Shown piece after piece: positions 10,700-22,472 of a DNA stretch of 64,000 bases. Within the stretch, counting starts at the first letter, position 1. Each line of letters opens with the position of its first letter. A program made the position numbers and the translations under genes. The DNA is taken from the NCBI RefSeq assembly GCF_003790525.1, contig NZ_CP033635.1; one strand, 5' to 3'. This DNA comes from Escherichia coli. GTDB lineage: Bacteria; Pseudomonadota; Gammaproteobacteria; Enterobacterales; Enterobacteriaceae. The notes under the pieces are model-generated. The model was not told the DNA's origin. It did not search any database and saw only the letters and a list, made by a program, of their open reading frames with translations.

Positions 10700-12085
10700 T
10701 TACGTTTCGCTCACCGGCGTTCTGTCACCATCATACAACGGCACTTTGCGATAGCGGCGGATCAGATACCACAAATATGCGCCGCCTAATGAAGCCCATA
10801 CCAGACCGAGTGTCAGTGACGTTGACTCGAGGTTAACCCACAGCACACCCACCGTCAGCGCGCCAACCAGCGGCATCAGCAAATAGTGGAAGTGATCCTT
10901 CCAGCTTTTATTCATTCCTTTGCGCCGCCAGAAATGATTAAACACCGACAGATTCACGAAGGTAAACGCCACCAGAGCACCGAAGTTAATCAATGCTGTC
11001 GCGGTGACTAAATCAAAGAACAGCGCCGACAGCGCAACAATCCCGACCATAATGACGTTCAACGCTGGCGTGCGCCATTTCGGGTGCACATAGCCAAACA
11101 CGCGCTCCGGAAACACATTGTCACGCCCCATCACATACAGCAGACGCGACACGCTGGCGTGCGACGCCAGGCCAGACGCTAACGTGTTCACAAACGTGGT
11201 ACAGAGGAAAATCGACTGGAAGAGCTTGCCGCCGACGTACAGCGCAATTTCAGGCAGTGCGGCGTCCGGGTCTTTAAAGCGGCTGATATCAGGAAAGAAC
11301 AGCTGCATAAAGAACGACGCAGCGATAAAGATAACGCCACCGTAGACCGCCGTCAGGAAGATGGCTTTCGGGATCACGCGTGCGGCGTCCGGCGTCTCTT
11401 CCGAAAGCGTGGTCACCGCATCGAAACCGAGGAAGGAGAAACAGACAATCGTCGCCCCGGTAATAATCGGGATCAGGTGCGCGTTCTCGCTGATAAACGG
11501 CTGAAGTGACCAGACGGTGCCAACGCCTTCTCCTTTATGCAGTCCCTGAACCACCAGGAAGATAAACACCACCATGATGGAGATTTGCACCAACACAAAC
11601 AGGGTATTGAAGTTAGCAACCAGGTTGACGCTCTTCAGATTCGCGGCGGTTAAAATGGCGACGAAGGTTACTACCCACACCCACGGCGGCACTTCCGGGA
11701 AGAGGGCGGAGAGATAGATTTTCGCCAACAAGACGTTGATCATCGGCAAAAAGAGATAATCCAGCAGCGATGACCAGCCGACCATAAATCCGACGTGCGG
11801 GTTAATCGACTTTTGCGCGTAGGTATAGGCCGAACCGGCTTCCGGAAACTGGCGAACCAGTTTGCCGTAGCTGATAGCGGTAAACAGCACGCCCGCCAGC
11901 GCCAGCAAATAGGACGCCGGAACGTGACCGTCGCTAATGCCGGAGACAATACCAAAAGTATCAAATACGGTCATCGGCGTGAGATAGGCCAGACCCATCA
12001 TCACCACCTGCCACAATTTCAGTGATTTTCGCAGACGGGTTTTGCCAGATTGCGCAGCAATAGTCAGTGGTGAATTAATAGCCAT
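10700..12085 (-). CDS. puuP: Putrescine importer PuuP (APC family)
   Basis: Polytopic membrane ORF; start set at MAINSPL (461 aa) with GGAGG upstream; recognised as PuuP. Confidence 0.88.
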   Translation of the reverse strand: MAINSPLTIAAQSGKTRLRKSLKLWQVVMMGLAYLTPMTVFDTFGIVSGISDGHVPASYLLALAGVLFTAISYGKLVRQFPEAGSAYTYAQKSINPHVGFMVGWSSLLDYLFLPMINVLLAKIYLSALFPEVPPWVWVVTFVAILTAANLKSVNLVANFNTLFVLVQISIMVVFIFLVVQGLHKGEGVGTVWSLQPFISENAHLIPIITGATIVCFSFLGFDAVTTLSEETPDAARVIPKAIFLTAVYGGVIFIAASFFMQLFFPDISRFKDPDAALPEIALYVGGKLFQSIFLCTTFVNTLASGLASHASVSRLLYVMGRDNVFPERVFGYVHPKWRTPALNVIMVGIVALSALFFDLVTATALINFGALVAFTFVNLSVFNHFWRRKGMNKSWKDHFHYLLMPLVGALTVGVLWVNLESTSLTLGLVWASLGGAYLWYLIRRYRKVPLYDGDRTPVSET

Positions 12086-12387
12086 AGTTGCTGCCTCCCC
12101 TGCGTAATAAGGTTTGCGGTCGTGTCGACCTGAAATCAAACCTGTTTAGCAAGGGAAGCAAAGGGGGCGGAGTCCAGTCAGTCGCAGGAGGGGCGCATAC
12201 GCAGCCTCCCTCGCCATGCGGGGATTTAATCATCGGCATCATCTCATTTCCTCGTCACAGTCTTAATCGTTAACGGAAGCCCGTTGCCGCCTGCGCTCCA
12301 TAACGCGACATCCGGGAAATGTCTGGATTACCAGCAAATGTCAGGCCTGGCTCCGCTCAGGCCGATGAAACAACCCCGCAAGGGGTA

Positions 12388-13806
12388 TTACGCGTTTTTC
12401 AACATCCACTCAATTTCTGTTTCTGTGATGAGGCGCTCAAACTGCAACAGCTCATCATTTTTACAGGCGTGATAGACATGGCAGAAGCGTTCGCCTAAAT
12501 AGCGGCGCAGGTGATCATTCTCGATAAACTCACCCAGGGCATCGCTCTGGCGAATCGGGAAGGGTAAGCCTTCCTGTTCCAGCCCGTTACCTTCGACTTC
12601 TTCCTGTAATGGCAGTTCGTTATCAAGGCCATGCAAAATACCGGCAAAAATCGCCGCCATCACCAGATACGGGTTGGCATCGGCACCCGCCACGCGATAT
12701 TCCACGCGGTGATTATGGCGATCGCCGCAGGGAATACGCAGGGCGACGGTGCGGTTGTTATGGCCCCACGACGCCTGCGTCGGTACATACATACCTGGCT
12801 GGAAGCGGCGATACGAGTTCACGTTTGGTGCCAGCAACGCCATTGATGACGGCATCAGGTCAATCATCCCGGCAAGCATCTTTTTCAGCAGCGGCGAATC
12901 TTCGCCTTCCGCGTCAGAAAGCACGTTCTCGCCACGGTTATTTTGCATACTGATATGGATATGCATCCCGCTGCCCGCGTGCTCTTCATACGGCTTCGCC
13001 ATAAAAGTGGCGTGCATCTTATGCTTTTCTGCCATCAGACGCACCAGGCGTTTTAGTGCCAGCGCATCATCGCAAGCTTCCAGCACGTTATCGGTATGGT
13101 AAAGATTGATTTCAAACTGACCCGGCGAGGCCTCAGCGACCGCGCCATCTGCCGGAATCAGCTGTAACTGCGCCAGCTCATCAATATCATTGAGCACGTC
13201 GGCGAAGTGGTTGAGGTTATCAACGGAGTAAACCTGGCTTTGTGTATTGCGGTCATCGGTGCCGGGCGCGCAGGGCGGTTGCAGATACCCTTCAGCGTCG
13301 CGCTGGCGATCCAGTAAATAGAACTCCAGCTCTACCGCTACGACCGGGAACAATCCGCGCTGGCGCAGCTGCTGCCACAGGCGGTTAAGAACGTTCCGCG
13401 GCTCAACGTCAAAGGGAGCGCCATCTTCATCGACCATGGTCAGGAGCATCTGACCGATAAACTCTGGATCGGCGGCAGAAGGGGTTAAGGAACCGAGAAC
13501 AGGAACACAGGTACGATCCGGCTCGCCCATTTCCTGACCCAGGCCCGCTTCTTCTACTACGTTGCCCAGAATATCCATTGCAAACACCGAGGCCGGGAAA
13601 TAACACCCTTTCTCGAGCTTCTTCAGGCTTGAAACAGGAATACGTTTTCCACGGAAGCAACCATTCAAATCGGTAAGTAAAACATCAACATATTGCGTAT
13701 TCGGGTAGCGCTCCAGGTAGCGTTTCACTTCCTGCGTAAAGGCGCTACCCCGCCTCTCTTCTGACTGCTGAACAAAGTTCTCTACTTCAACGATATTGGT
13801 TTCCAT
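12388..13806 (-). CDS. puuA: Gamma-glutamylputrescine synthetase PuuA
   Basis: Glutamine-synthetase-like ORF; start set at METNIVEV (472 aa). Confidence 0.9.
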   Translation of the reverse strand: METNIVEVENFVQQSEERRGSAFTQEVKRYLERYPNTQYVDVLLTDLNGCFRGKRIPVSSLKKLEKGCYFPASVFAMDILGNVVEEAGLGQEMGEPDRTCVPVLGSLTPSAADPEFIGQMLLTMVDEDGAPFDVEPRNVLNRLWQQLRQRGLFPVVAVELEFYLLDRQRDAEGYLQPPCAPGTDDRNTQSQVYSVDNLNHFADVLNDIDELAQLQLIPADGAVAEASPGQFEINLYHTDNVLEACDDALALKRLVRLMAEKHKMHATFMAKPYEEHAGSGMHIHISMQNNRGENVLSDAEGEDSPLLKKMLAGMIDLMPSSMALLAPNVNSYRRFQPGMYVPTQASWGHNNRTVALRIPCGDRHNHRVEYRVAGADANPYLVMAAIFAGILHGLDNELPLQEEVEGNGLEQEGLPFPIRQSDALGEFIENDHLRRYLGERFCHVYHACKNDELLQFERLITETEIEWMLKNA

Positions 13807-13849
13807 GATTCTTCGCCTTTGGTTTGTTTTCCGCTCGTTATCAAAGCGT

Positions 13850-13864
13850 AAAATATAATGACCA
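13850..13864. promoter_or_regulatory. Putative PuuR operator in divergent puuA-puuD region
   Basis: AAAATATAATGACCA is one mismatch from the PuuR 15-bp box as I recall it (AAAATATAATGAACA); a related AAAAAATATTGAACA lies at 13945-13960. Confidence 0.4.
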
Positions 13865-14017
13865 CTATTCGAATCTGTATGCAAACTAAATGTTTGTCAA
13901 ATGTTAAATTGAGTTTGCAAAAATGAAAAACCACTGCTAGATTGAAAAAATATTGAACATAAAGGTCATTTAAAGCGCAGTAATGGCGATAATTTAGTCC
14001 ACTTTGTGAGATTGAGC

Positions 14018-14782
14018 ATGGAAAATATAATGAACAATCCGGTTATCGGTGTCGTAATGTGCAGGAACAGGCTTAAGGGTCATGCGACCCAGACTCTGCA
14101 AGAAAAGTACCTGAATGCCATCATCCACGCAGGCGGTTTGCCAATAGCGCTACCACATGCGCTGGCGGAACCGTCGTTACTTGAACAACTTTTGCCGAAA
14201 CTCGATGGTATTTATCTTCCTGGTAGTCCCAGCAATGTGCAGCCGCACCTATATGGTGAAAACGGCGATGAGCCTGACGCCGATCCCGGGCGTGATCTTC
14301 TGAGCATGGCGTTAATTAATGCCGCACTCGAAAGGCGCATCCCCATTTTCGCCATCTGCCGGGGTTTACAGGAACTGGTGGTGGCAACCGGTGGTTCGTT
14401 GCATCGCAAGCTGTGCGAACAGCCTGAATTGCTGGAACATCGGGAAGATCCCGAACTGCCGGTGGAGCAGCAATATGCACCGTCGCATGAAGTTCAGGTT
14501 GAAGAGGGGGGATTGCTGTCTGCGTTGTTACCTGAATGTAGCAACTTTTGGGTAAACTCTCTGCATGGACAAGGGGCGAAGGTCGTTAGCCCACGGTTGC
14601 GTGTTGAAGCTCGCTCGCCGGATGGCTTAGTTGAGGCGGTTAGCGTCATCAATCATCCTTTTGCGCTGGGCGTACAGTGGCACCCGGAGTGGAACAGTAG
14701 CGAGTACGCGCTTTCGCGTATATTGTTCGAGGGCTTTATCACCGCTTGTCAGCACCATATCGCTGAAAAACAGCGACTCTGA
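14018..14782 (+). CDS. puuD: Gamma-glutamyl-GABA hydrolase PuuD
   Basis: Class-I glutamine amidotransferase-like ORF; start set at MENIMNNPV (254 aa). Confidence 0.88.
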   Translation: MENIMNNPVIGVVMCRNRLKGHATQTLQEKYLNAIIHAGGLPIALPHALAEPSLLEQLLPKLDGIYLPGSPSNVQPHLYGENGDEPDADPGRDLLSMALINAALERRIPIFAICRGLQELVVATGGSLHRKLCEQPELLEHREDPELPVEQQYAPSHEVQVEEGGLLSALLPECSNFWVNSLHGQGAKVVSPRLRVEARSPDGLVEAVSVINHPFALGVQWHPEWNSSEYALSRILFEGFITACQHHIAEKQRL

Positions 14783-14808
14783 CCACTACAGTTTAAGGAA
14801 ATGCAAAT

Positions 14809-15366
14809 ATGAGTGATGAGGGACTGGCGCCAGGAAAACGCTTGTCGGAAATCCGCCAGCAGCAGGGGCTTTCACAACGTCGTGCCGCCGAACTCTCCGG
14901 GCTGACTCACAGTGCTATCAGTACGATAGAACAAGATAAAGTCAGCCCTGCCATCAGTACGCTGCAAAAGCTGCTGAAGGTGTATGGTCTGTCACTCTCG
15001 GAATTCTTTTCCGAGCCGGAAAAACCTGATGAGCCGCAGGTCGTCATTAATCAGGACGACTTAATTGAGATGGGCAGTCAGGGTGTGTCAATGAAGCTGG
15101 TTCATAACGGTAACCCGAATCGCACGCTGGCGATGATCTTTGAAACGTACCAGCCGGGCACAACCACTGGGGAAAGAATTAAGCATCAGGGTGAGGAAAT
15201 AGGCACTGTACTGGAAGGTGAAATTGTTCTGACGATTAATGGTCAGGATTATCATCTCGTCGCGGGGCAAAGTTATGCCATTAATACCGGCATCCCGCAC
15301 AGTTTCAGTAATACGTCGGCAGGTATTTGCCGAATTATCAGCGCCCATACGCCCACCACGTTTTAA
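14809..15366 (+). CDS. puuR: HTH/cupin repressor PuuR
   Basis: 185-aa ORF with N-terminal XRE-type HTH and C-terminal cupin. Confidence 0.9.
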   Translation: MSDEGLAPGKRLSEIRQQQGLSQRRAAELSGLTHSAISTIEQDKVSPAISTLQKLLKVYGLSLSEFFSEPEKPDEPQVVINQDDLIEMGSQGVSMKLVHNGNPNRTLAMIFETYQPGTTTGERIKHQGEEIGTVLEGEIVLTINGQDYHLVAGQSYAINTGIPHSFSNTSAGICRIISAHTPTTF

Positions 15367-15515
15367 TCTTTTTGTTCTGTAAGCCGGGTAAGCGCAATGC
15401 GCCCGGCAATCCATAAAGAATGTCGCCAGAAATAAACGGGCATACGGCCCGGGGATCTCTGCGCCCTGACGTTCACAAACTGCATATATCTGATAGACGT
15501 GAAACAGGAGTCATA

Positions 15516-17003
15516 ATGAATTTTCATCATCTGGCTTACTGGCAGGATAAAGCGTTAAGTCTCGCCATTGAAACCCGCTTATTTATTAACGGTGAATATA
15601 CTGCTGCGGCGGAAAATGAAACTTTTGAAACCGTTGATCCGGTCACCCAGGCACCGCTGGCGAAAATTGCCCGCGGCAAGAGCGTCGATATCGACCGTGC
15701 GGTGAGCGCAGCACGCGGCGTATTTGAACGCGGCGACTGGTCACTCTCTTCTCCGGCTAAACGTAAAGCGGTACTGAATAAACTCGCCGATTTAATGGAA
15801 GCTAACGCTGAAGAACTGGCGCTGCTGGAAACGCTCGACACCGGCAAACCGATTCGTCACAGCCTGCGTGATGATATTCCCGGCGCGGCGCGCGCCATTC
15901 GCTGGTACGCCGAAGCGATCGACAAAGTGTATGGCGAAGTGGCGACCACCAGTAGCCATGAGCTGGCGATGATCGTGCGTGAACCGGTCGGCGTGATTGC
16001 CGCCATCGTGCCGTGGAACTTCCCGCTGCTGCTGACTTGCTGGAAACTCGGCCCGGCGCTGGCGGCGGGAAACAGCGTGATTCTAAAACCGTCTGAAAAA
16101 TCACCGCTCAGTGCGATTCGTCTCGCGGGGCTGGCGAAAGAAGCGGGGCTGCCGGATGGTGTGTTGAACGTGGTGACGGGTTTTGGTCATGAAGCCGGGC
16201 AGGCGCTTTCGCGCCATAACGATATCGATGCCATTGCCTTTACTGGCTCAACCCGCACCGGGAAACAGCTGCTGAAGGACGCGGGCGACAGCAACATGAA
16301 ACGCGTCTGGCTGGAGGCGGGCGGCAAAAGCGCCAACATCGTTTTCGCCGACTGCCCGGATTTACAACAGGCAGCAAGCGCCACCGCAGCAGGCATTTTC
16401 TACAACCAGGGCCAGGTGTGCATCGCCGGAACGCGTTTGTTGCTGGAAGAGAGCATCGCCGATGAATTCTTAGCCCTGTTAAAACAGCAGGCGCAAAACT
16501 GGCAGCCGGGCCATCCACTTGATCCCGCAACCACCATGGGCACCTTAATCGACTGCGCCCACGCCGACTCGGTCCATAGCTTTATTCGGGAAGGCGAAAG
16601 CAAAGGGCAACTGCTGCTGGATGGCCGTAACGCCGAGCTGGCTGCCGCCATCGGCCCGACCATCTTTGTGGAGGTAGACCCGAATGCGTCCTTAAGCCGC
16701 GAAGAGATTTTCGGTCCGGTGCTGGTGGTCACGCGTTTCACATCAGAAGAACAGGCGCTACAGCTTGCCAACGACTGCCAGTACGGACTTGGCGCGGCGG
16801 TATGGACGCGCGACCTCTCCCGCGCGCACCGCATGAGTCGCCGCCTGAAAGCCGGCTCCGTCTTCGTCAATAACTACAACGACGGCGATATGACCGTGCC
16901 GTTTGGCGGCTATAAGCAGAGCGGCAACGGGCGCGACAAATCCCTGCATGCCCTTGACAAATTCACCGAACTGAAAACCATCTGGATAAGCCTGGAGGCC
17001 TGA
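15516..17003 (+). CDS. puuC: Gamma-glutamyl-gamma-aminobutyraldehyde dehydrogenase PuuC
   Basis: Aldehyde dehydrogenase ORF (catalytic Cys context VCIAGTR); start set at MNFHHLAYW (495 aa) with GGAG upstream. Confidence 0.9.
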   Translation: MNFHHLAYWQDKALSLAIETRLFINGEYTAAAENETFETVDPVTQAPLAKIARGKSVDIDRAVSAARGVFERGDWSLSSPAKRKAVLNKLADLMEANAEELALLETLDTGKPIRHSLRDDIPGAARAIRWYAEAIDKVYGEVATTSSHELAMIVREPVGVIAAIVPWNFPLLLTCWKLGPALAAGNSVILKPSEKSPLSAIRLAGLAKEAGLPDGVLNVVTGFGHEAGQALSRHNDIDAIAFTGSTRTGKQLLKDAGDSNMKRVWLEAGGKSANIVFADCPDLQQAASATAAGIFYNQGQVCIAGTRLLLEESIADEFLALLKQQAQNWQPGHPLDPATTMGTLIDCAHADSVHSFIREGESKGQLLLDGRNAELAAAIGPTIFVEVDPNASLSREEIFGPVLVVTRFTSEEQALQLANDCQYGLGAAVWTRDLSRAHRMSRRLKAGSVFVNNYNDGDMTVPFGGYKQSGNGRDKSLHALDKFTELKTIWISLEA

Positions 17004-17004
17004 A

Positions 17005-18285
17005 ATGACCGAACATACCAGCAGTTACTACGCCGCCAGTGCGAATAAATACGCGCCATTCGACACGCTGAATGAGTCGATTTCCTGCGACGTTTGCGTG
17101 GTCGGTGGCGGCTATACCGGGCTTTCCTCCGCGCTGCATCTGGCGGAAGCGGGCTTTGATGTAGTGGTTCTCGAAGCCTCACGCATCGGCTTCGGCGCAA
17201 GCGGACGCAATGGCGGGCAGCTTGTGAACTCCTACAGCCGCGACATCGACGTGATCGAAAAAAGCTACGGCATGGACACCGCCCGTATGCTCGGCAGCAT
17301 GATGTTTGAAGGCGGAGAGATCATCCGCGAACGTATCAAACGTTATCAGATTGACTGCGACTACCGCCCCGGCGGCCTGTTTGTGGCGATGAATGATAAA
17401 CAGCTCGCCACACTCGAAGAGCAGAAAGAGAACTGGGAACGCTACGGCAATAAACAGCTGGAGCTGCTGGACGCCAACGCTATTCGCCGCGAGGTCGCCA
17501 GCGATCGCTACACTGGTGCGCTGCTGGATCACAGCGGTGGGCATATTCATCCGCTAAACCTCGCCATTGGCGAAGCGGACGCCATCCGCCTGAACGGCGG
17601 GCGCGTGTATGAACTTTCTGCCGTGACGCAGATCCAGCACACCACGCCAGCCGTTGTGCGAACTGCCAAAGGTCAGGTGACGGCGAAATACGTGATTGTC
17701 GCCGGGAATGCGTATCTGGGCGATAAAGTAGAGCCGGAACTAGCGAAACGCAGCATGCCGTGCGGCACGCAGGTGATCACCACCGAACGGCTGTCGGAAG
17801 ATTTAGCCCGTTCGCTGATCCCGAAAAACTACTGTGTGGAAGACTGTAACTATCTTCTTGATTACTACCGCCTGACTGCCGATAACCGCCTGCTGTACGG
17901 CGGCGGCGTGGTCTACGGCGCACGCGACCCGGACGATGTTGAGCGCCTTGTGGTGCCGAAACTGCTGAAAACCTTCCCGCAGCTGAAGGGCGTGAAAATT
18001 GATTACCGCTGGACGGGCAACTTCCTGCTGACCCTGTCACGCATGCCGCAGTTCGGTCGCCTTGATACCAACATCTATTACATGCAGGGTTACAGCGGCC
18101 ACGGCGTCACCTGTACCCATCTTGCCGGGCGTTTGATTGCTGAACTGCTGCGCGGTGACGCCGAACGCTTCGACGCCTTTGCCAATCTGCCGCATTACCC
18201 GTTCCCCGGCGGGCGCACGCTGCGCGTGCCATTTACCGCGATGGGCGCGGCTTATTACAGCCTGCGCGATCGTCTGGGCGTTTAA
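17005..18285 (+). CDS. puuB: Gamma-glutamylputrescine oxidase PuuB
   Basis: 426-aa FAD-dependent oxidoreductase with N-terminal dinucleotide-binding motif VVGGGYTG. Confidence 0.9.
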   Translation: MTEHTSSYYAASANKYAPFDTLNESISCDVCVVGGGYTGLSSALHLAEAGFDVVVLEASRIGFGASGRNGGQLVNSYSRDIDVIEKSYGMDTARMLGSMMFEGGEIIRERIKRYQIDCDYRPGGLFVAMNDKQLATLEEQKENWERYGNKQLELLDANAIRREVASDRYTGALLDHSGGHIHPLNLAIGEADAIRLNGGRVYELSAVTQIQHTTPAVVRTAKGQVTAKYVIVAGNAYLGDKVEPELAKRSMPCGTQVITTERLSEDLARSLIPKNYCVEDCNYLLDYYRLTADNRLLYGGGVVYGARDPDDVERLVVPKLLKTFPQLKGVKIDYRWTGNFLLTLSRMPQFGRLDTNIYYMQGYSGHGVTCTHLAGRLIAELLRGDAERFDAFANLPHYPFPGGRTLRVPFTAMGAAYYSLRDRLGV

Positions 18286-18322
18286 TTTCCGATTAACAGT
18301 GAAGAGTCAAAAGGTGTGAAAC

Positions 18323-19588
18323 ATGAGCAACAATGAATTCCATCAGCGTCGTCTTTCTGCTACCCCTCGCGGGGTTGGCGTGATGTGTAACTTCTTCGCC
18401 CAGTCGGCAGAAAACGCCATGCTGAAGGACGTAGAGGGCAACGAATACATCGATTTCGCCGCAGGCATTGCGGTGCTGAATACCGGGCATCGCCACCCTG
18501 ATCTGGTCGCGGCGGTGGAGCAGCAATTGCAACAGTTTACCCACACGGCGTATCAGATTGTGCCGTACGAAAGCTACGTCACCCTGGCGGAGAAAATCAA
18601 CGCCCTTGCCCCGGTGAGCGGGCAGGCTAAAACTGCGTTCTTCACCACCGGTGCGGAAGCGGTGGAGAACGCGGTGAAAATCGCCCGCGCCCATACCGGA
18701 CGCCCTGGCGTGATTGCGTTTAGCGGCGGCTTCCACGGTCGTACATATATGACCATGGCGCTGACCGGAAAGGTCGCGCCGTACAAAATCGGCTTCGGCC
18801 CGTTCCCCGGTTCGGTATATCACGTACCTTATCCGTCAGATTTACATGGCGTTTCAACGCAGGACTCTCTCGACGCCATCGAACGCTTGTTTAAATCTGA
18901 CATTGAAGCGAAGCAGGTGGCGGCGATTATTTTCGAACCGGTGCAGGGCGAAGGCGGTTTCAACGTTGCACCAAAAGAGCTGGTTGCCGCCATTCGCCGC
19001 CTGTGCGACGAGCACGGCATTGTGATGATTGCCGATGAAGTGCAAAGCGGCTTTGCGCGTACCGGTAAACTGTTTGCCATGGATCACTACGCCGATAAGC
19101 CGGACTTAATGACGATGGCGAAAAGCCTCGCGGGCGGCATGCCGCTTTCGGGCGTGGTCGGTAACGCGAATATTATGGACGCGCCCGCGCCGGGCGGGTT
19201 GGGTGGTACTTACGCCGGGAACCCGCTGGCGGTGGCTGCCGCGCACGCTGTGCTCAACATTATCGACAAAGAATCACTCTGTGAACGCGCGAATCAACTG
19301 GGCCAGCGCCTGACAAACACGTTGATTGATGCCAAAGAAAGCGTTCCGGCCATCGCGGCGGTACGCGGTCTGGGGTCTATGATTGCGGCAGAGTTTAACG
19401 ATCCGCAAACGGGCGAGCCGTCAGCGGCGATTGCACAGAAAATCCAGCAACGCGCGCTGGCGCAGGGGCTGCTTCTGCTGACCTGTGGCGCATACGGCAA
19501 CGTGATTCGTTTCCTGTATCCGCTGACCATCCCGGATGCGCAATTCGATGCGGCAATGAAAATTTTGCAGGATGCGCTGAAAGATTAA
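18323..19588 (+). CDS. puuE: 4-aminobutyrate aminotransferase PuuE
   Basis: 421-aa class-III PLP aminotransferase; last gene of the puu cluster. Confidence 0.9.
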   Translation: MSNNEFHQRRLSATPRGVGVMCNFFAQSAENAMLKDVEGNEYIDFAAGIAVLNTGHRHPDLVAAVEQQLQQFTHTAYQIVPYESYVTLAEKINALAPVSGQAKTAFFTTGAEAVENAVKIARAHTGRPGVIAFSGGFHGRTYMTMALTGKVAPYKIGFGPFPGSVYHVPYPSDLHGVSTQDSLDAIERLFKSDIEAKQVAAIIFEPVQGEGGFNVAPKELVAAIRRLCDEHGIVMIADEVQSGFARTGKLFAMDHYADKPDLMTMAKSLAGGMPLSGVVGNANIMDAPAPGGLGGTYAGNPLAVAAAHAVLNIIDKESLCERANQLGQRLTNTLIDAKESVPAIAAVRGLGSMIAAEFNDPQTGEPSAAIAQKIQQRALAQGLLLLTCGAYGNVIRFLYPLTIPDAQFDAAMKILQDALKD

Positions 19589-19617
19589 TACGCAGAAGCA
19601 GGGTCAACGCAATAATG

Positions 19618-19700
19618 TCTGATACGCTGCGCTTATCAGGCCTGCAAACGACGTATTGATTATGTATGCCGGATAAGGCGTTCACGCCGCATCCGGCAAG
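19618..19700. repeat. REP cluster (BIME) between puuE and pspF
   Basis: Two REP-type palindromes: GACGCTGCGCTTATCAGGCCTGC and TGCCGGATAAGGCGTTCACGCCGCATCCGGCA. Confidence 0.7.
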
Positions 19701-19718
19701 TTGTATTGCCCAACTTCG

Positions 19719-20696
19719 CTAAATCTGGTGCTTTTTCAACAACGCGCGGAACTGATGATAGGTTAACCCCAGTAATTCAGCCGCGCGCTTCTGGTTATAT
19801 TTCCCCTGTTGCAAACTGAGTTGCAGCAACTCTTTTTCCTGCTGCATCTGAAACTCACGTAAATCCAGCGGCAGTGTTGGAAGCGAGGTGGTTTCTGAAA
19901 CGGCGATAGCGTCTTCAGGCGGACGCCGTTTAAAGGGATCAATAATGATGTCATCAAGCGGATAATCGCTGGTGCCGTGGCGATACACTGAACGTTCCAC
20001 CACGTTTTTCAATTCACGAATATTTCCCGGCCAGCGATAATTCAGCAATGTTTCTCTGGCGCGCTCCGTAAAACCCGGGAACAGAGGCAGCTTGATTTCC
20101 CGACACATCTGAATGGCAAAGTGTTCTGCCATCAGCATAATGTCGCTTTCGCGCTCGCGCAGGGGCGGCAGTTGCACTACATCGAAAGCCAGCCGGTCGA
20201 GCAGGTCAGCGCGAAAAGTACCTTCATTGACCATCGCCGGGAGATCGGCATTCGTCGCGCATACCAACCGCACATTCACCTGCAATGGCTGACTACCGCC
20301 AACGCGCTCCAGTTCACCGTACTCAATCACACGCAATAATTTTTCCTGCACCATCATCGGTGCCGTAGCGAGTTCATCAAGAAATAGCGTACCGCCATCG
20401 GCACGTTCAAATCTCCCAGGATGACGTTTTTGCGCACCGGTAAACGCCCCCGCTTCGTGACCAAACAGTTCGGAATCCAGCAGATTTTCATTTAACGCCG
20501 CGCAGTTAAGGGAAATAAACGGCCCTTGCCAACGGGAGGAGAGATAATGCAGGCGGCTGGCAATCAACTCTTTACCGGTGCCGCGTTCGCCGATGATGAG
20601 CACCGGTTTATCCAGTGGTGCGAGATGCGAAACCTGTTCCAGCACTTCGAGAAAGCTATTCGCCTCACCAAGTAAATTATCTTTGTATTCTGCCAT
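19719..20696 (-). CDS. pspF: Sigma54-dependent activator PspF
   Basis: AAA+ sigma54-activator ORF with GAFTGA motif (HEAGAFTGA) and C-terminal HTH; start set at MAEYKDN (325 aa). Confidence 0.92.
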   Translation of the reverse strand: MAEYKDNLLGEANSFLEVLEQVSHLAPLDKPVLIIGERGTGKELIASRLHYLSSRWQGPFISLNCAALNENLLDSELFGHEAGAFTGAQKRHPGRFERADGGTLFLDELATAPMMVQEKLLRVIEYGELERVGGSQPLQVNVRLVCATNADLPAMVNEGTFRADLLDRLAFDVVQLPPLRERESDIMLMAEHFAIQMCREIKLPLFPGFTERARETLLNYRWPGNIRELKNVVERSVYRHGTSDYPLDDIIIDPFKRRPPEDAIAVSETTSLPTLPLDLREFQMQQEKELLQLSLQQGKYNQKRAAELLGLTYHQFRALLKKHQI

Positions 20697-20790
20697 GATG
20701 AAATTCGCCACTTGTTAGTGTAATTCGCTAATTCATCCTGGCATGTTGCTGTTGATTCTTCAATCAGATCTTTATAAATCAAAAAGATAA

Positions 20791-21531
<741 letters not shown>

Positions 21532-21540
21532 TAACATCCA

Positions 21541-21562
21541 GGCGGCGTCCGAACGCGCCGCC
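21541..21562 (+). other. GC-rich stem-loop between pspA and pspB
   Basis: GGCGGCG ... CGCCGCC; no U-run, so possibly a partial terminator or processing structure. Confidence 0.35.
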
Positions 21563-21584
21563 GCTCATCGTCTAAGGAGTCCTT

Positions 21585-21809
21585 ATGAGCGCGCTATTTC
21601 TGGCTATTCCGTTAACCATTTTTGTGCTGTTTGTTTTACCGATCTGGTTATGGCTGCATTACAGCAATCGTTCTGGTCGCAGTGAATTGTCGCAAAGTGA
21701 GCAGCAGCGATTAGCGCAACTGGCTGATGAAGCAAAACGGATGCGCGAACGTATTCAGGCGCTGGAATCCATTCTTGATGCAGAACATCCGAACTGGAGG
21801 GATCGCTAA
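21585..21809 (+). CDS. pspB: Phage shock protein B
   Basis: 74-aa single-TM ORF; pspB stop overlaps pspC start. Confidence 0.9.
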   Translation: MSALFLAIPLTIFVLFVLPIWLWLHYSNRSGRSELSQSEQQRLAQLADEAKRMRERIQALESILDAEHPNWRDR

Positions 21810-22168
21810 TGGCGGGCATTAATCTCAATAAAAAATTATGGCGTATTCCACAGCAGGGCATGGTCCGTGGCGTCTGCGCCGGGATTGCCAACTATTTTGA
21901 TGTACCAGTAAAACTGGTGCGTATCCTGGTGGTGCTGTCGATTTTCTTCGGTCTGGCGCTGTTTACCCTGGTTGCTTACATCATTTTGTCATTTGCGCTT
22001 GATCCAATGCCGGACAACATGGCCTTTGGTGAGCAGCTACCTTCCAGCAGCGAATTGCTGGATGAAGTCGACCGTGAACTGGCGGCAAGTGAAACGCGTT
22101 TACGCGAGATGGAACGTTATGTCACTTCCGATACTTTCACGTTACGTAGCCGTTTCCGTCAACTGTGA
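21809..22168 (+). CDS. pspC: Phage shock protein C
   Basis: 119-aa ORF, PspC domain with TM segment. Confidence 0.9.
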
Positions 22169-22176
22169 GGAAAGTT

Positions 22177-22398
22177 ATGAATACTCGCTGGCAACAGGCC
22201 GGGCAAAAGGTGAAGCCTGGGTTCAAATTAGCAGGCAAGCTGGTACTTCTTACCGCACTGCGCTATGGCCCGGCGGGTGTGGCGGGCTGGGCGATAAAAT
22301 CAGTTGCTCGCCGACCGCTGAAAATGTTGCTGGCTGTGGCGCTGGAACCGCTGTTAAGTCGGGCTGCCAATAAACTGGCACAGCGTTATAAAAGGTGA
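22177..22398 (+). CDS. pspD: Phage shock protein D
   Basis: Start set at MNTRWQQ (73 aa), just after pspC stop. Confidence 0.85.
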
Positions 22399-22472
22399 GG
22401 GGAATTTCGCAAAAATTGTTAAATCTCAGGCGTATAATGGATGGCAATTTTCATCCATAGAAGGACGCTTAC

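Noticed and set aside
12140-12387. Short ORFs (61-62 aa) in the puuP-puuA intergenic region
   Set aside because: No RBS, low-complexity composition, inside what should be the puuP promoter/leader; likely non-coding.
21541-21562. pspA-pspB stem-loop as a full intrinsic terminator
   Set aside because: No downstream U-run and pspB starts 23 bp later with clear operon continuity; at most a partial terminator or stabilising structure.
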